Positions 9,305-19,146 of a DNA stretch of 64,000 bases are shown one piece after another. A model generated the notes under the pieces. That model saw nothing but the letters and a program-made list of their open reading frames with translations, was not told the origin of the DNA and did not search any database. The stretch is from a bacterium (GTDB taxonomy: Bacteria > Fidelibacterota > Fidelibacteria > Fidelibacterales > Fidelibacteraceae): contig OY781066.1 of the NCBI GenBank assembly GCA_963676395.1, positions 256,001-320,000 on the forward strand. The letters are read 5' to 3'. The position numbers were made by a program, and so were the translations under genes. Position 1 is the stretch's first letter, and each line of letters starts with the position of its first letter.

Positions 9305-10291
9305 TTAATCCCCTATTCGATAGATATAAACTCCATGATCACTGCTTACCCAAATATCCCCTGTTGGAGATCCATGAACACTGTATGGAATATATAAAAC
9401 TGTTTTTTCCAATAGACCCTCTTCAGTTTCGATCTTGAGCTTGTTCTGATATGTACTCCAAAAATATCCGTCATCATCCATATATGCCTTTGGTAATGTA
9501 GAATGATCGTTTTCTATGACTTCAAAGCGTTCACCGTCATACTTGAACCAAAGCGGTCCATCTTCATTTATCATTGAACTTGAAAGGGCATAACTTATTG
9601 AAGCGATCAATTCATTATCGGGATTTACCCAAATATTTTGAATAAAATATGGATTGAAACCGATATCGACAGTATCATAAACCGTCCACTCACTTTGATC
9701 GTATTCATACAGACACGTATCATACAGCGTATAGATCGAAGAACACCAGATATGATCGTTCATATCAATAGCCATATCACCCATATTCCTTATAACACCG
9801 GTGTGTTCCGGAATGTGCATAGAAATAGTACCCTGATCATAACATCCCAATCCACTGTTTGTACGACCTGCGCTTACAGAAAACCACACCTTATCCTGTG
9901 AATCGATCTCAATGCAATTTACATAATTCCCTGTCATTGGTGAATTGCTGGAATCGTAACGTACAAACCCGTCATCGTAACAGACCAAGCCGTCATTGCC
10001 AATCCATAATCTATCTTGTCCATCCACAACCATATCTCTAATAGAAAAAAGATCTTCATTGATGATAGAGTTCGTATGATCAAACAATTCCCAACTTCCG
10101 TCTGTTTCATATCTGATCACACCTACATCGTGCACCAACAACCAGGCAGTTCCATCACTTTCAAATACGATATTTCTTACTGCATAATTATTAAAGATCC
10201 TATCAACAAATTGTATTTTCGCATCGGAAGTGCTGTTCATACAAGACGTGAATAGTGCTACAATCACAAGTAGAAGCATAATTTTCTTCAT
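9305..10291 (-). CDS. Beta-propeller lipoprotein, tandem paralog of 8281-9303
   Basis: Lipobox FTSC; shares 'FDHTNS', 'DIG(F/Y).PY', 'LSS' and 'P.GD.W' segments with the neighbour. Confidence 0.75.
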   Translation of the reverse strand: MKKIMLLLVIVALFTSCMNSTSDAKIQFVDRIFNNYAVRNIVFESDGTAWLLVHDVGVIRYETDGSWELFDHTNSIINEDLFSIRDMVVDGQDRLWIGNDGLVCYDDGFVRYDSSNSPMTGNYVNCIEIDSQDKVWFSVSAGRTNSGLGCYDQGTISMHIPEHTGVIRNMGDMAIDMNDHIWCSSIYTLYDTCLYEYDQSEWTVYDTVDIGFNPYFIQNIWVNPDNELIASISYALSSSMINEDGPLWFKYDGERFEVIENDHSTLPKAYMDDDGYFWSTYQNKLKIETEEGLLEKTVLYIPYSVHGSPTGDIWVSSDHGVYIYRIGD

Positions 10292-10372
10292 TTTATCACC
10301 CATGTTTATTTTTATAAATCTTCAAACAATTAAAGTTAATTAATGTTCCCTGTTTTATCAATGTGAAACAAT

Positions 10373-10438
10373 TGATAGCTGATAGCTGATAGCTGATAGC
10401 TGATAGCTGATAGCTGATAGCTGATAGCTGATAGCTGA
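10373..10438. repeat. Perfect heptamer tandem repeat (TGATAGC) x9 plus TGA
   Basis: Direct count of 9 exact units in the divergent intergenic region before folE. Confidence 0.97.
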
Positions 10439-10505
10439 ACGCTATAATTATCTTTGGAATATCACAATGTAAATGTAAATTTATGGTCGAATTGAAAGGA
10501 AGAAC

Positions 10506-11069
10506 ATGAACCACGATAAAGTACAGCATCTCATACATGAATTGTTAACGGAACTGGGCGAAGATCCCTCACGCGAAGGTTTGATCAAAACACCTAAACG
10601 CGTTGCAAAGGCTTGGGAATATATGACTCAGGGTTATACAAAAGATATAAATGAAGTCATAAATGCTGCGATATTTCATGAACATGCCGAAGGTATGGTC
10701 ATTGTGCGCGACATTGAGTTCTACAGCATGTGCGAACATCATCTTTTACCATTTTTTGGAGTCGCACATATTGGCTATATCCCTAATGACAAGCTCGTTG
10801 GCCTTTCGAAATTACCCCGCATCGTAGATGTATTTGCCAGACGTTTACAATTACAAGAACGCCTTACGCAACAAATTGCCGATACACTTTACAATATTTT
10901 GGAACCAAAAGGATTGGGAGTTGTGATCGAGGCTCGTCATATGTGCATGCAAATGCGTGGAGTTGAAAAGACAAAATCACTTACGACAACATCTGCTGTT
11001 CTTGGTGAATTTCATGATGAAGCTGAAACAAGAGCAGAATTCTTGAAGATGATCTCTAAAGTGGTTTAA
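10506..11069 (+). CDS. folE: GTP cyclohydrolase I
   Basis: [44 protein letters not shown]. Confidence 0.97.
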   Translation: MNHDKVQHLIHELLTELGEDPSREGLIKTPKRVAKAWEYMTQGYTKDINEVINAAIFHEHAEGMVIVRDIEFYSMCEHHLLPFFGVAHIGYIPNDKLVGLSKLPRIVDVFARRLQLQERLTQQIADTLYNILEPKGLGVVIEARHMCMQMRGVEKTKSLTTTSAVLGEFHDEAETRAEFLKMISKVV

Positions 11070-11108
11070 TCTACAGCAATATTCTTAAAGAATATACTAA
11101 ATAAAAAT

Positions 11109-11134
11109 TAAGGGTTGGACATATCCAACCCTTA
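11109..11134. terminator. Terminator-like hairpin between convergent folE and U32 genes
   Basis: TAAGGGTTGGA-CATA-TCCAACCCTTA. Confidence 0.7.
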
Positions 11135-11162
11135 TTTATATACTTTTAATTTTGTCTTTTTT

Positions 11163-13343
11163 TTAGGCCATCTCTCTATCAAAATTAAAGGTCGATACCG
11201 CATGTTCACCCGGGCGAGCATGCGTTAAATCGGTAAATGTAGATACCTTTGGCAACTCATCATCAGGTAAGGCAAACACCGTAGCAGAATATAATGATGA
11301 AAGAGGATAACCGGATTCTACAAAGAAGCCTGCACCACGTGCATCGGTAATCTCACCTTCAATGGGTAATTTGGCACGTGTTTGTAAAATGGGGGGACGA
11401 CCGTAACGATAGATCTCAATACTATCCGGCATGAGACTCGCAAGATTCAGCAATACCTCTTTTCCCAACTCTACCCACAATTGGATTCGATTGCAACCCA
11501 TATCCTTTAATTCTTCTATGGCTAAATGATTACACACCGGCAGAGGGATACCTGTGTTAATCTCAATATCATCGTAGTATTTTAATAGTTCGAATTGAAA
11601 TATAGATGTCACTCTAAAATGCCTGACTCCAACTTCATAATATTTTCTGATCTGTTCAGATAACTCCGGTAGATCTTTTTCGGGACAAAACAGAGGCAGG
11701 ATATACTCCTCCCCTTTTTTTACCTTTGTAGTTCTGGCAATTCGATCTATACTGATAGAATATGGAAGATCATTGACCTCTAAAGCCTGAGTAGATACCA
11801 CCGGCTTTTGAGCTACTTCAAGCTGCGGAAATTCATATTTAATTTCCTTGACCGCTGTATAATTCTCAGCCAACCAGATCATAAACGCTTGTCGAATTTT
11901 TCTTATATCGCGTTGCGAAATAAAATAGTTACCATCAATTTCAACATTAACATTTCTGATACCGATCTCAGGTTTTAATGCTTTTTTAAATTCAGTTTCA
12001 AAAACAGAAGCTTCTACCGGATGTTTTTGTGCCTGTGGAATATCAACCTTCATTGCCCAAGTTTTCATATTAGGATGGTCACAAACACGTACCGTGATCA
12101 GTTTTGAGTTCACCGTCATCACAAGATCTAAATTGCATTTTAATACAGGAAGCTGATCTATCAGTTTGCCATATTCTTTTGCAGATACACCTGTTTTATA
12201 AACCAAACCGTCTTTAGGTATTTCTTTATCACAATGAATAAATCCTCTATCACGATTACCCAACCTCGTAGCGGCTTTCCCATTTTTACTAATTTTAGTT
12301 ACAGTAATAGCGGGACCTTCCATACCACTTTTAGGCTGAACGCGGATCTTATCACCGAGTTTTAATACTTGAGTGGTTTCTATATCGAAACCATTTTTTT
12401 TCAACGAGATCACTCGACCGATCTGCTTCCCTGAAACACCCATCCGTTCAGATTCAATCACTTCATCAAATTTATCTTTATCGTAAAATCCACTTGACCA
12501 TTTTCTTCCCAACGAACCGCTTAATACCGCCTTTGCTTCAGGAAGGATCTTATCGTATTCATCATCTTCGGCATCCAACATCATACGATATGCTTTAACG
12601 GTAGCGGCGACATAATCAGATTTTCTTAAACGACCTTCGATCTTTAACGATACCACACCCGCTTTTTTTAATTTAGGAATATCTTCGAGTGTATAGAGAT
12701 CCTGAGTGGAAAAGAAAAAACCATTGCCTTCTTTGGAAAAATATCGTCTCCGACAAGGTTGCTTGCATTTTCCGCGGTTCCCACTGTGTCCCCCCATCCA
12801 GGATGAAAACAAACATACTCCCGATAACGAGCAACAAAGGGCACCGTGAATAAATACTTCCAATTCAAGATCAGAATTATCATTAATTGATTTTATTTCA
12901 TCAAGCGTTACCTGACGCTCAAGAATAACTCTTTCTATGCCTAACTCTTTTGCAACTTGAACCCCGGCAGAATTATGAATACCCATTTGTGTGGAGGCAT
13001 GGATAGGGATGTGCGGAAAATATTCCCTGAGTATCTTGACCACACCAAGATCCTGTGTAATAATGGCATCAGGCAAAAGTCTTGTAACATTGCACAAAGT
13101 ATCTAATGCCTCTTTGATCTCATTTTCTTTTAGTAGAGTATTAAAAGTAAGATAAACTTTTTTACCATTCTTATTTGCATAAGCCATCAGTTTGGCAAAT
13201 TGCTCATCTTTAAAATTTTCTGTTCTTTCGCGGGCATTGAATTTACTTAAGCCAGCGTAAACGGCATCAGCGCCGTTTTCAAATGCTGTAATAGCTGATT
13301 CCAGATTGCCTGCAGGTGCCAATAATTCGGGTATTTTTTTCAT
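11163..13343 (-). CDS. Peptidase U32 family Fe-S protein, long form (RlhA/TrhP-like RNA hydroxylase)
   Basis: PELLAPAG, GADAVY, HASTQ, EVFIHGALCCSLSGVC, NRGKCKQPCR, LKIEGR; start at MKKIPELL. Confidence 0.88.
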   Translation of the reverse strand: MKKIPELLAPAGNLESAITAFENGADAVYAGLSKFNARERTENFKDEQFAKLMAYANKNGKKVYLTFNTLLKENEIKEALDTLCNVTRLLPDAIITQDLGVVKILREYFPHIPIHASTQMGIHNSAGVQVAKELGIERVILERQVTLDEIKSINDNSDLELEVFIHGALCCSLSGVCLFSSWMGGHSGNRGKCKQPCRRRYFSKEGNGFFFSTQDLYTLEDIPKLKKAGVVSLKIEGRLRKSDYVAATVKAYRMMLDAEDDEYDKILPEAKAVLSGSLGRKWSSGFYDKDKFDEVIESERMGVSGKQIGRVISLKKNGFDIETTQVLKLGDKIRVQPKSGMEGPAITVTKISKNGKAATRLGNRDRGFIHCDKEIPKDGLVYKTGVSAKEYGKLIDQLPVLKCNLDLVMTVNSKLITVRVCDHPNMKTWAMKVDIPQAQKHPVEASVFETEFKKALKPEIGIRNVNVEIDGNYFISQRDIRKIRQAFMIWLAENYTAVKEIKYEFPQLEVAQKPVVSTQALEVNDLPYSISIDRIARTTKVKKGEEYILPLFCPEKDLPELSEQIRKYYEVGVRHFRVTSIFQFELLKYYDDIEINTGIPLPVCNHLAIEELKDMGCNRIQLWVELGKEVLLNLASLMPDSIEIYRYGRPPILQTRAKLPIEGEITDARGAGFFVESGYPLSSLYSATVFALPDDELPKVSTFTDLTHARPGEHAVSTFNFDREMA

Positions 13344-13433
13344 AAAGGAATTTACTAATAAAAGAGTAAATATTAAAGATAAAAGATTGCTCAAGGCCTC
13401 TAAACTGAGAACAAAGATATAATAGCTGTTGTT

Positions 13434-13454
13434 CTACTCACTACTTTCTACTTA
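13434..13454. repeat. Degenerate 7-bp repeat (CTACTYN) x3
   Basis: ctactca|ctacttt|ctactta. Confidence 0.5.
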
Positions 13455-13465
13455 CTGATTATTTC

Positions 13466-14632
13466 TTACTGTAATTCATCTACAGCATTCTTTAGTTGCC
13501 TTAAAGCTTTTTTCAGTACTTTTCGTCCGGTGCCAATATTCATGCGCATAAAACCAACACCATTCGCACCAAACATTTCGCCATCATTTAGACCCAATTT
13601 AGCTTTTTTAACGAAAAATTCATTTAATTCTTTTTGATCCATTCCCAATTCACGGCAATCCATCCATAGCAAAAATGTACTTTGGGGTTTAAGTATCTTG
13701 ATCTTAGGAATATTTTTAGAAACATAGTCGATCACAAAATCAATATTTTCTTCTAGGAATTTTTTAGTTTTCTCATACCATACGCGACTTTTTTTGTAAG
13801 AGGCGATCAAAGCAGCATCACCAAGAATGTTTCCACCGCAAATATGCAAACTCTCGGTGATATATCTAAATTTTTCTCGAAGTTCTTTGTTTTTAATAAT
13901 GATTTCTGATGTTGCAAATCCGGCAATATTAAATGTTTTGCTCGGGGCCATACATGTAACAGTGATTTGAGATAATTCTTCAGAAATACTGGCAATAGGC
14001 ACATGCTTATTAGGTGCATATACATAATCGGCATGTATTTCATCCGATACAATAGTAATATTGTTTTCCAGACAGATTTCCCCCAATTCCAAAAGTTCTT
14101 CTTTAGTAAAAACCCTTCCGACAGGGTTATGGGGGTTACAAAGAATAATCATTTTTGTTTTTTTGGTGATCTTCTTCTTCAAATCATCAAAATCCATAGT
14201 ATAATGACCGCTTTCCTCTTTCAATTCATTTTTAATAAGAATGCGATCATGATTTTCTACGGCAGAAAAGAAAGGAAAATAAACCGGAGTTTGAACAATA
14301 ACTTCATCACCTATTTCCGTCATACTCATTACCGCAATATTAATAGCAGGAACAATACCGGGTGAGCAAGTGATCCATTCTTTATCAATATCCCAGGAAA
14401 ACTGATCTTTTACCCATTTGATTATACTATTATAAAAACATTCATTATGCATTGAGTATCCATAAATAGGATGACTGATTCTTTTGTGTAAAGCTTTTAT
14501 TACTGGACGAGGAGCAGATATATCCATATCCGCTACCCATAAGGGTATTACATCATTTGTTCCAAATATTTTTTCCAGAGCGTCATACTTCACGCAATCC
14601 GTATTATAACGGTTAAACGATCTCTTTAACAT
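13466..14632 (-). CDS. MalY/PatB family PLP-dependent C-S lyase (cystathionine beta-lyase)
   Basis: PLWVADMD, LCNPHNPVGRV, SDEIHAD, APSKTFNIAG, RMNIG. Confidence 0.92.
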   Translation of the reverse strand: MLKRSFNRYNTDCVKYDALEKIFGTNDVIPLWVADMDISAPRPVIKALHKRISHPIYGYSMHNECFYNSIIKWVKDQFSWDIDKEWITCSPGIVPAINIAVMSMTEIGDEVIVQTPVYFPFFSAVENHDRILIKNELKEESGHYTMDFDDLKKKITKKTKMIILCNPHNPVGRVFTKEELLELGEICLENNITIVSDEIHADYVYAPNKHVPIASISEELSQITVTCMAPSKTFNIAGFATSEIIIKNKELREKFRYITESLHICGGNILGDAALIASYKKSRVWYEKTKKFLEENIDFVIDYVSKNIPKIKILKPQSTFLLWMDCRELGMDQKELNEFFVKKAKLGLNDGEMFGANGVGFMRMNIGTGRKVLKKALRQLKNAVDELQ

Positions 14633-14750
14633 ACTATTCCTTCTCATCAATAAAATTTAAGTATAAATATAATTAAATTTTTGCATGAAGGAACGATTTT
14701 TCATTCTCATTTTCACTTTTATTTAACACCATGATGTAATAAATTCCGCC

Positions 14751-15698
14751 ATGATGAAAAAGAATATAGATCAATTAAAAAAGAAGCATATTTGCGTGAT
14801 TGGTGATGTCATGCTGGATGTCTTCTCCTCAGGAAAAGTCGAAAGAAAATCACCCGAAGCACCCGTGGATATTCTTGACATACAAAAAAGTGAAGACCGA
14901 CCCGGCGGAGCTTTAAATGTTTGTATGAATCTTCAATCTTTAGGAGTTCAAACCGAGATCATTGGTGTGCTTGGAGATGATTTTGAGGCATTCCGCTTAG
15001 AATATCTCTGCGATAAACACAATATTAAACGCATGGGACTCTACCGCAAAAAAGGACGCGTTAGTACCAGTAAAACCCGCTTCTTTAATGGTGATAAGCA
15101 ATTAATTCGTATTGATCATGAATTGCGAACAGATATAAGCAAAGAAACTGAAGATGAATTGCTTGTTGAAATTCGCAGAGCGATCAAAGGCAGTGATATC
15201 ATTATTTTACAAGACTATAACAAAGGGGTATTGACTGAACGCCTAATCTCTGAAATCATGTACATGGCAAAGAAAGCTAAAGTACCCGTTTTTGTAGATC
15301 CTAAAATTGATCATATGGATTCATATAATGGTGCAACGTTAATTAAGCCTAATCGACTTGAAGCTGAGGCCCAATTGGGTTACGAATTAAATGAATTGGA
15401 AACAGCAAAAGCCGGAGCGAAAATTTTATTGGAACGCTTGAAATGTAAAAACATACTATTAACACTTGGTGAAAATGGTATGATCTTATATAATGACGAA
15501 CAGCTTCTACATATTCCCGCAAAAACTCTGGATGTAGCGGATATAACCGGAGCCGGTGATACGGTTATTTCAGTGATGGCGGCCTTATATTCAACTGACT
15601 TGCCAATTGAAAGCTGTGCACAGTATGCCAATCAAGCAGCTGCCGAAACCTGCAAGGAACAAGGGGTTATCCCTGCAACATTAAAAATGTTGTATTAA
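14751..15698 (+). CDS. D-glycero-beta-D-manno-heptose-7-phosphate kinase (RfaE/HldE domain I, stand-alone)
   Basis: VIGDVMLD, SPEAPV, PGGA.NV, DYNKGVL, VDPK, KPNR.E, DITGAGDTV. Confidence 0.9.
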   Translation: MMKKNIDQLKKKHICVIGDVMLDVFSSGKVERKSPEAPVDILDIQKSEDRPGGALNVCMNLQSLGVQTEIIGVLGDDFEAFRLEYLCDKHNIKRMGLYRKKGRVSTSKTRFFNGDKQLIRIDHELRTDISKETEDELLVEIRRAIKGSDIIILQDYNKGVLTERLISEIMYMAKKAKVPVFVDPKIDHMDSYNGATLIKPNRLEAEAQLGYELNELETAKAGAKILLERLKCKNILLTLGENGMILYNDEQLLHIPAKTLDVADITGAGDTVISVMAALYSTDLPIESCAQYANQAAAETCKEQGVIPATLKMLY

Positions 15699-15793
15699 AA
15701 GCTCAATGAAGTCAAATAATTAACATAGATTATTATACTTTTATCATTGAATATGATTAATTTCAAGTTAATTACCCTTCATTAAAAAAAGTA

Positions 15794-15823
15794 TTGCAGT
15801 TTGAACTTCTTTTCCATTATATT
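15794..15823 (+). promoter_or_regulatory. Putative sigma70 promoter of the tRNA cluster
   Basis: TTGCAG (15794) - 18 bp - TATATT (15818), about 15 nt before tRNA-His. Confidence 0.5.
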
Positions 15824-15837
15824 TACGGGCTTTATAT

Positions 15838-15911
15838 GGTGGATGTAGCTCAGTAGGTAGAGCGCTTGGTTGTGGCCCAAGTGGTCGTGGGTTCAAGTCC
15901 CATCATTCACC
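15838..15911 (+). tRNA. tRNA-His (GTG)
   Basis: G-1 plus acceptor GTGGATG/CATTCAC; anticodon loop TTGTGGC; GTTCAAGT T-loop; CCA not encoded. Confidence 0.95.
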
Positions 15912-15962
15912 CTTTCGGGGCTCAATGCCCCGCTTTCAATTGACATCGAATTGTACATTCAT

Positions 15963-16037
15963 CGGGGCGTGGCGCAGCCCGGTTAGCGCGCCTGCTTTGG
16001 GAGCAGGAAGTCGGAAGTTCGAATCTTCTCGCCCCGA
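15963..16037 (+). tRNA. tRNA-Pro (TGG)
   Basis: Acceptor CGGGGCG/CGCCCCG; anticodon arm CCTGC-TTTGGGA-GCAGG; GTTCGAAT. Confidence 0.95.
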
Positions 16038-16040
16038 CAG

Positions 16041-16118
16041 AACAAGAGACAAGAGACAAAGTCCAAGAAACAAGTACATATTTATTTGTCTCTAGGGGTT
16101 TGATTCTTGTCTCTTGTT
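16041..16118. repeat. Heptamer (CAAGAGA) repeats arranged as an inverted repeat in the tRNA spacer
   Basis: AACAAGAGACAAGA (16041-16054) is the exact reverse complement of TCTTGTCTCTTGTT (16105-16118). Confidence 0.8.
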
Positions 16119-16126
16119 GATTAAGG

Positions 16127-16200
16127 GCCCCGATAGCTCAATTGGATAGAGCAACGGTCTTCTAAACCGTAGGTTACAGGTTCGATTCCTGTTCGGGGTA
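16127..16200 (+). tRNA. tRNA-Arg (TCT)
   Basis: Acceptor GCCCCGA/TCGGGGT; anticodon arm ACGGT-CTTCTAA-ACCGT; GTTCGATT. Confidence 0.95.
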
Positions 16201-16224
16201 CAAAAATATAAGACCTAGAGTTAT

Positions 16225-16251
16225 AAACGAGCATATAAATGCTCGTTTTTT
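16225..16251 (+). terminator. Intrinsic terminator of the tRNA cluster
   Basis: AAACGAGCAT-ATAA-ATGCTCGTTT plus T-tract. Confidence 0.8.
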
Positions 16252-16296
16252 ATTTATTATAATATTACGACATCGGTTTTAGGCTTCTGATTCCTA

Positions 16297-16998
16297 TTAG
16301 TATCCAAAAAAAGGATCGGTAATAATATGTGAACGAACAATACCTCGATCTTTCAATTTCTTTCGAGTCTGTCTTAACATGGAGGGAGCGCCTGAAAGAT
16401 AATAATAAGCGGTATTTCCATAGGTCATACAGGCTTTATTCAACAATCTTGTACTTTCTTCCTTGGAATGAATTTGATGAATTTCTATTCGTTCATCTGC
16501 TAACGCAATTGCTTCAAGCTCATCATGATACAAATGTTCATTTTTTGCGGTATAGATCAAATTCACAAAGCGTTTATTAGATTTGGATAATTCCTTAAAT
16601 AAAGCTCTGATCGGTGTAATTCCAACCCCTGAGGCCAGCATCACAATTGGAGAATTCTCATCCTGTAGCGTAAACCATCCAAAAGGTCCATTCAAACGAA
16701 TACTTTCCCCGGGTTTAAGGGAGTTCATAACTTGCTTAAATGAAGATGGATTTGCTGATATCTTGGTAGCAAGTTTGATGACCCCCTCTTCAGGAATAGA
16801 GGAGATAGAAAAGCCACGATAACGCTTCCCTTTTACATGTTTACCGGGTAAAGTAAATAAGCCATGTTCTCCCGGTCGCCATCCTGGAAGGCCTTCGGAT
16901 GAAAAATCAAATTCAACAATATCATCATCCCAAGTACGTTTATCAAGAAGTTCAATATCTACACGTCTAAAAACACCTGAAATATCTCTCAATTTCAT
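16297..16998 (-). CDS. FAD/NAD(P)-binding oxidoreductase (ferredoxin-NADP reductase family)
   Basis: PGEH, RGFSISS, GPFGWF, ASGVGITP, YLSG; RBS GGAG before ATG 16998. Confidence 0.85.
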   Translation of the reverse strand: MKLRDISGVFRRVDIELLDKRTWDDDIVEFDFSSEGLPGWRPGEHGLFTLPGKHVKGKRYRGFSISSIPEEGVIKLATKISANPSSFKQVMNSLKPGESIRLNGPFGWFTLQDENSPIVMLASGVGITPIRALFKELSKSNKRFVNLIYTAKNEHLYHDELEAIALADERIEIHQIHSKEESTRLLNKACMTYGNTAYYYLSGAPSMLRQTRKKLKDRGIVRSHIITDPFFGY

Positions 16999-17117
16999 AA
17001 ATAACTCCGTTATATTGCATCTTATATTCCCAAGAATATTAAAAGTTCGGATTAATTTACACAAAACAAAAAGCCTTGAAATTAATCCAAGGCATATAAT
17101 ACGTTTCTGATCTTTAA

Positions 17118-17429
17118 TTAGTCATTTAATTTAATTTCTATAAACTGCTTAAATACACCGATCCAAACGGTATGACTGCCCTCGACCTCAAGTTTATAAA
17201 TTGAAAACAACAAATAATCCTGTCGCACTGTGATCGTTCTCAATAAAGGTGACATAAACATATTCGTAATTGCTCCACCTACAACAGTCTCTGAATTTTT
17301 TAATGCTCTATTTTGTGCCCAATCAAAAAATTCATCCTTACCGGGATTTGTAATAATCATCATTACGATTATAATAACTAAAATTAAACTGGAACCCCCG
17401 GCTCGTTTGTGTTTGCGCTTACTCATCAT
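17118..17429 (-). CDS. Small membrane-anchored protein, DUF4359-like
   Basis: TM helix followed by TNP; 'RQDYLLFSIY'; 'IGVFKQFI'. Confidence 0.65.
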   Translation of the reverse strand: MMSKRKHKRAGGSSLILVIIIVMMIITNPGKDEFFDWAQNRALKNSETVVGGAITNMFMSPLLRTITVRQDYLLFSIYKLEVEGSHTVWIGVFKQFIEIKLND

Positions 17430-18000
17430 TCACATCCTTAACTTTGTATTTAAAAATCATATCACAAGGTGGCAAAAAATTATCTCTCTGCCAAAAATAG
17501 ATACTACCAAAATCTAAGCATAACTGGTTATCCGGTTCAATTGAAAAGTAAGTTATATTAATATTATCCAATATATTCAATTTATACTCAACTCTTTTGA
17601 TCGGTTCCTGCCAGGAATAGGTAGATAAAAGTATATATCGGGCATAATCGGAAAATAATCTTTGTTTATACCCAATATAAACCGATGTACACTTTTTAGT
17701 ATTAAGTAAAAAAGTGATCCCACTTTTATCTTTCTTCATTTTAAAGGGAATATCAATCTTACTATCCATATCTTTAACAAATATATTATAAGCTTCACCC
17801 ATTAGGTCATCGTCGGGAAAAGGATATAGAATCAGATGATTCATGGGTTTATCAGGACTAAAGTAGTAAACACCCATAACGGAAAACACAGAATCCTTAA
17901 TTCCAAAACTAAGATCTTCTTCGACAAAATGTAATCCGGACTTTGCAAAGCAAAGTCCGGATAAAAACGCTAAAAGGATACAAGAAATTTTCTTTATCAT
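17419..18000 (-). CDS. Secreted hypothetical protein
   Basis: Signal peptide; overlaps both neighbours (translational coupling). Confidence 0.7.
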   Translation of the reverse strand: MIKKISCILLAFLSGLCFAKSGLHFVEEDLSFGIKDSVFSVMGVYYFSPDKPMNHLILYPFPDDDLMGEAYNIFVKDMDSKIDIPFKMKKDKSGITFLLNTKKCTSVYIGYKQRLFSDYARYILLSTYSWQEPIKRVEYKLNILDNINITYFSIEPDNQLCLDFGSIYFWQRDNFLPPCDMIFKYKVKDVNDE

Positions 18001-18998
18001 TTCATAATTTGTAATTTTTTGCTGGCCAATTGCTTATTTCCCTTCTGAAGTGACATAATATATGTCCCCTGTGCCAAATGCGAGCAATCATACCTCACTT
18101 GATGCGATGAGGGAATAAAGCTATCGACTCTACGACCGGTAAGATCATAAACATTCATACGCAAAGCAGATGCTTCGATATCGGTATTACCTATCACAAA
18201 CCAGGAATAATCGGTTGCAGGCTGTGGATAATTATTCAACATAATGGGAGATTGAATGACGGGTTTGATAGAGGTAAGCACTTTTTTTGAAATAAAATTC
18301 ACTTCGATACTATCTCCCGGTTCAAGATAAAATTCAATAGGATAAAATTCCCAGACCTCAGCGTCCGGACTAGTACTATTATATCTCAAAGCATCATAAT
18401 AATAGTATCTTGCATCTCGTGTTGCTGTATAAAATCCTGTTGAATCAGTATATAAATAAGGATTCCACATTATATTGTAGAATACAAATTTTTCATCCTT
18501 AATTGGTTTGCTTGCTCCATCATAAAAGTGCCCATAAATTGTACATTTTTGAAACTCATTGTATATATCGCCAATTTTGGGTTCATTGCTTTTACTATAA
18601 GAAGAGCTGTGCATATCATAAACGATGGACTGATCTGAAGAAATATTCCTTAAATAGGAATCTTGATATGTCCCAATATTCACACTTTTTTTATAATATT
18701 CACTTCCATAATACAATTTAAGTCCAACACAATCGTTATTTTTATCGAATTTTATTTCTTTATCAAGATTATCTTGAGTAACAACAACAACATCTTCAGA
18801 CACTTGAAATTCTAAGACTTTTGCGGAATCGGATTTATTAAATATAAATATACTATCTATACCATTTTCATAATTAATTTCTATAAACCAATTATCGGGA
18901 GCGATAATTTGGAATTCATGAACAGTTGGGCTTGAATCAATCGGATTCCCGAGCAACATACATGTACTTATGAGCAATAAAATCGTTAAATGTTTCAT
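17997..18998 (-). CDS. Secreted protein with T9SS type-A-like C-terminal sorting domain
   Basis: Signal peptide; NYPQPA...VYDLTGRRV...LAQGTYIMSL...KKLQIMK. Confidence 0.8.
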   Translation of the reverse strand: MKHLTILLLISTCMLLGNPIDSSPTVHEFQIIAPDNWFIEINYENGIDSIFIFNKSDSAKVLEFQVSEDVVVVTQDNLDKEIKFDKNNDCVGLKLYYGSEYYKKSVNIGTYQDSYLRNISSDQSIVYDMHSSSYSKSNEPKIGDIYNEFQKCTIYGHFYDGASKPIKDEKFVFYNIMWNPYLYTDSTGFYTATRDARYYYYDALRYNSTSPDAEVWEFYPIEFYLEPGDSIEVNFISKKVLTSIKPVIQSPIMLNNYPQPATDYSWFVIGNTDIEASALRMNVYDLTGRRVDSFIPSSHQVRYDCSHLAQGTYIMSLQKGNKQLASKKLQIMK

Positions 18999-19146
18999 AT
19001 CCGCTCCATTTTTATTATTTAAATACCTGTACAAAAGGTAACCTAAAGAAAGGATAGTGTCAAGTTAATATTGTATCAAATATACTTCTTTATTGAAGTA
19101 TAAAATTGACCTATAATACAATTAACGATCACCTAGCACTACTAAT

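Noticed and set aside
10373..10438. Possible CRISPR array
   Set aside because: 7-bp contiguous units with no spacers; no cas genes in the window
10296..10538. 80-aa ORF containing (SYQLSAI)n
   Set aside because: Open only because the heptamer array lacks stops on that strand; overlaps the folE start
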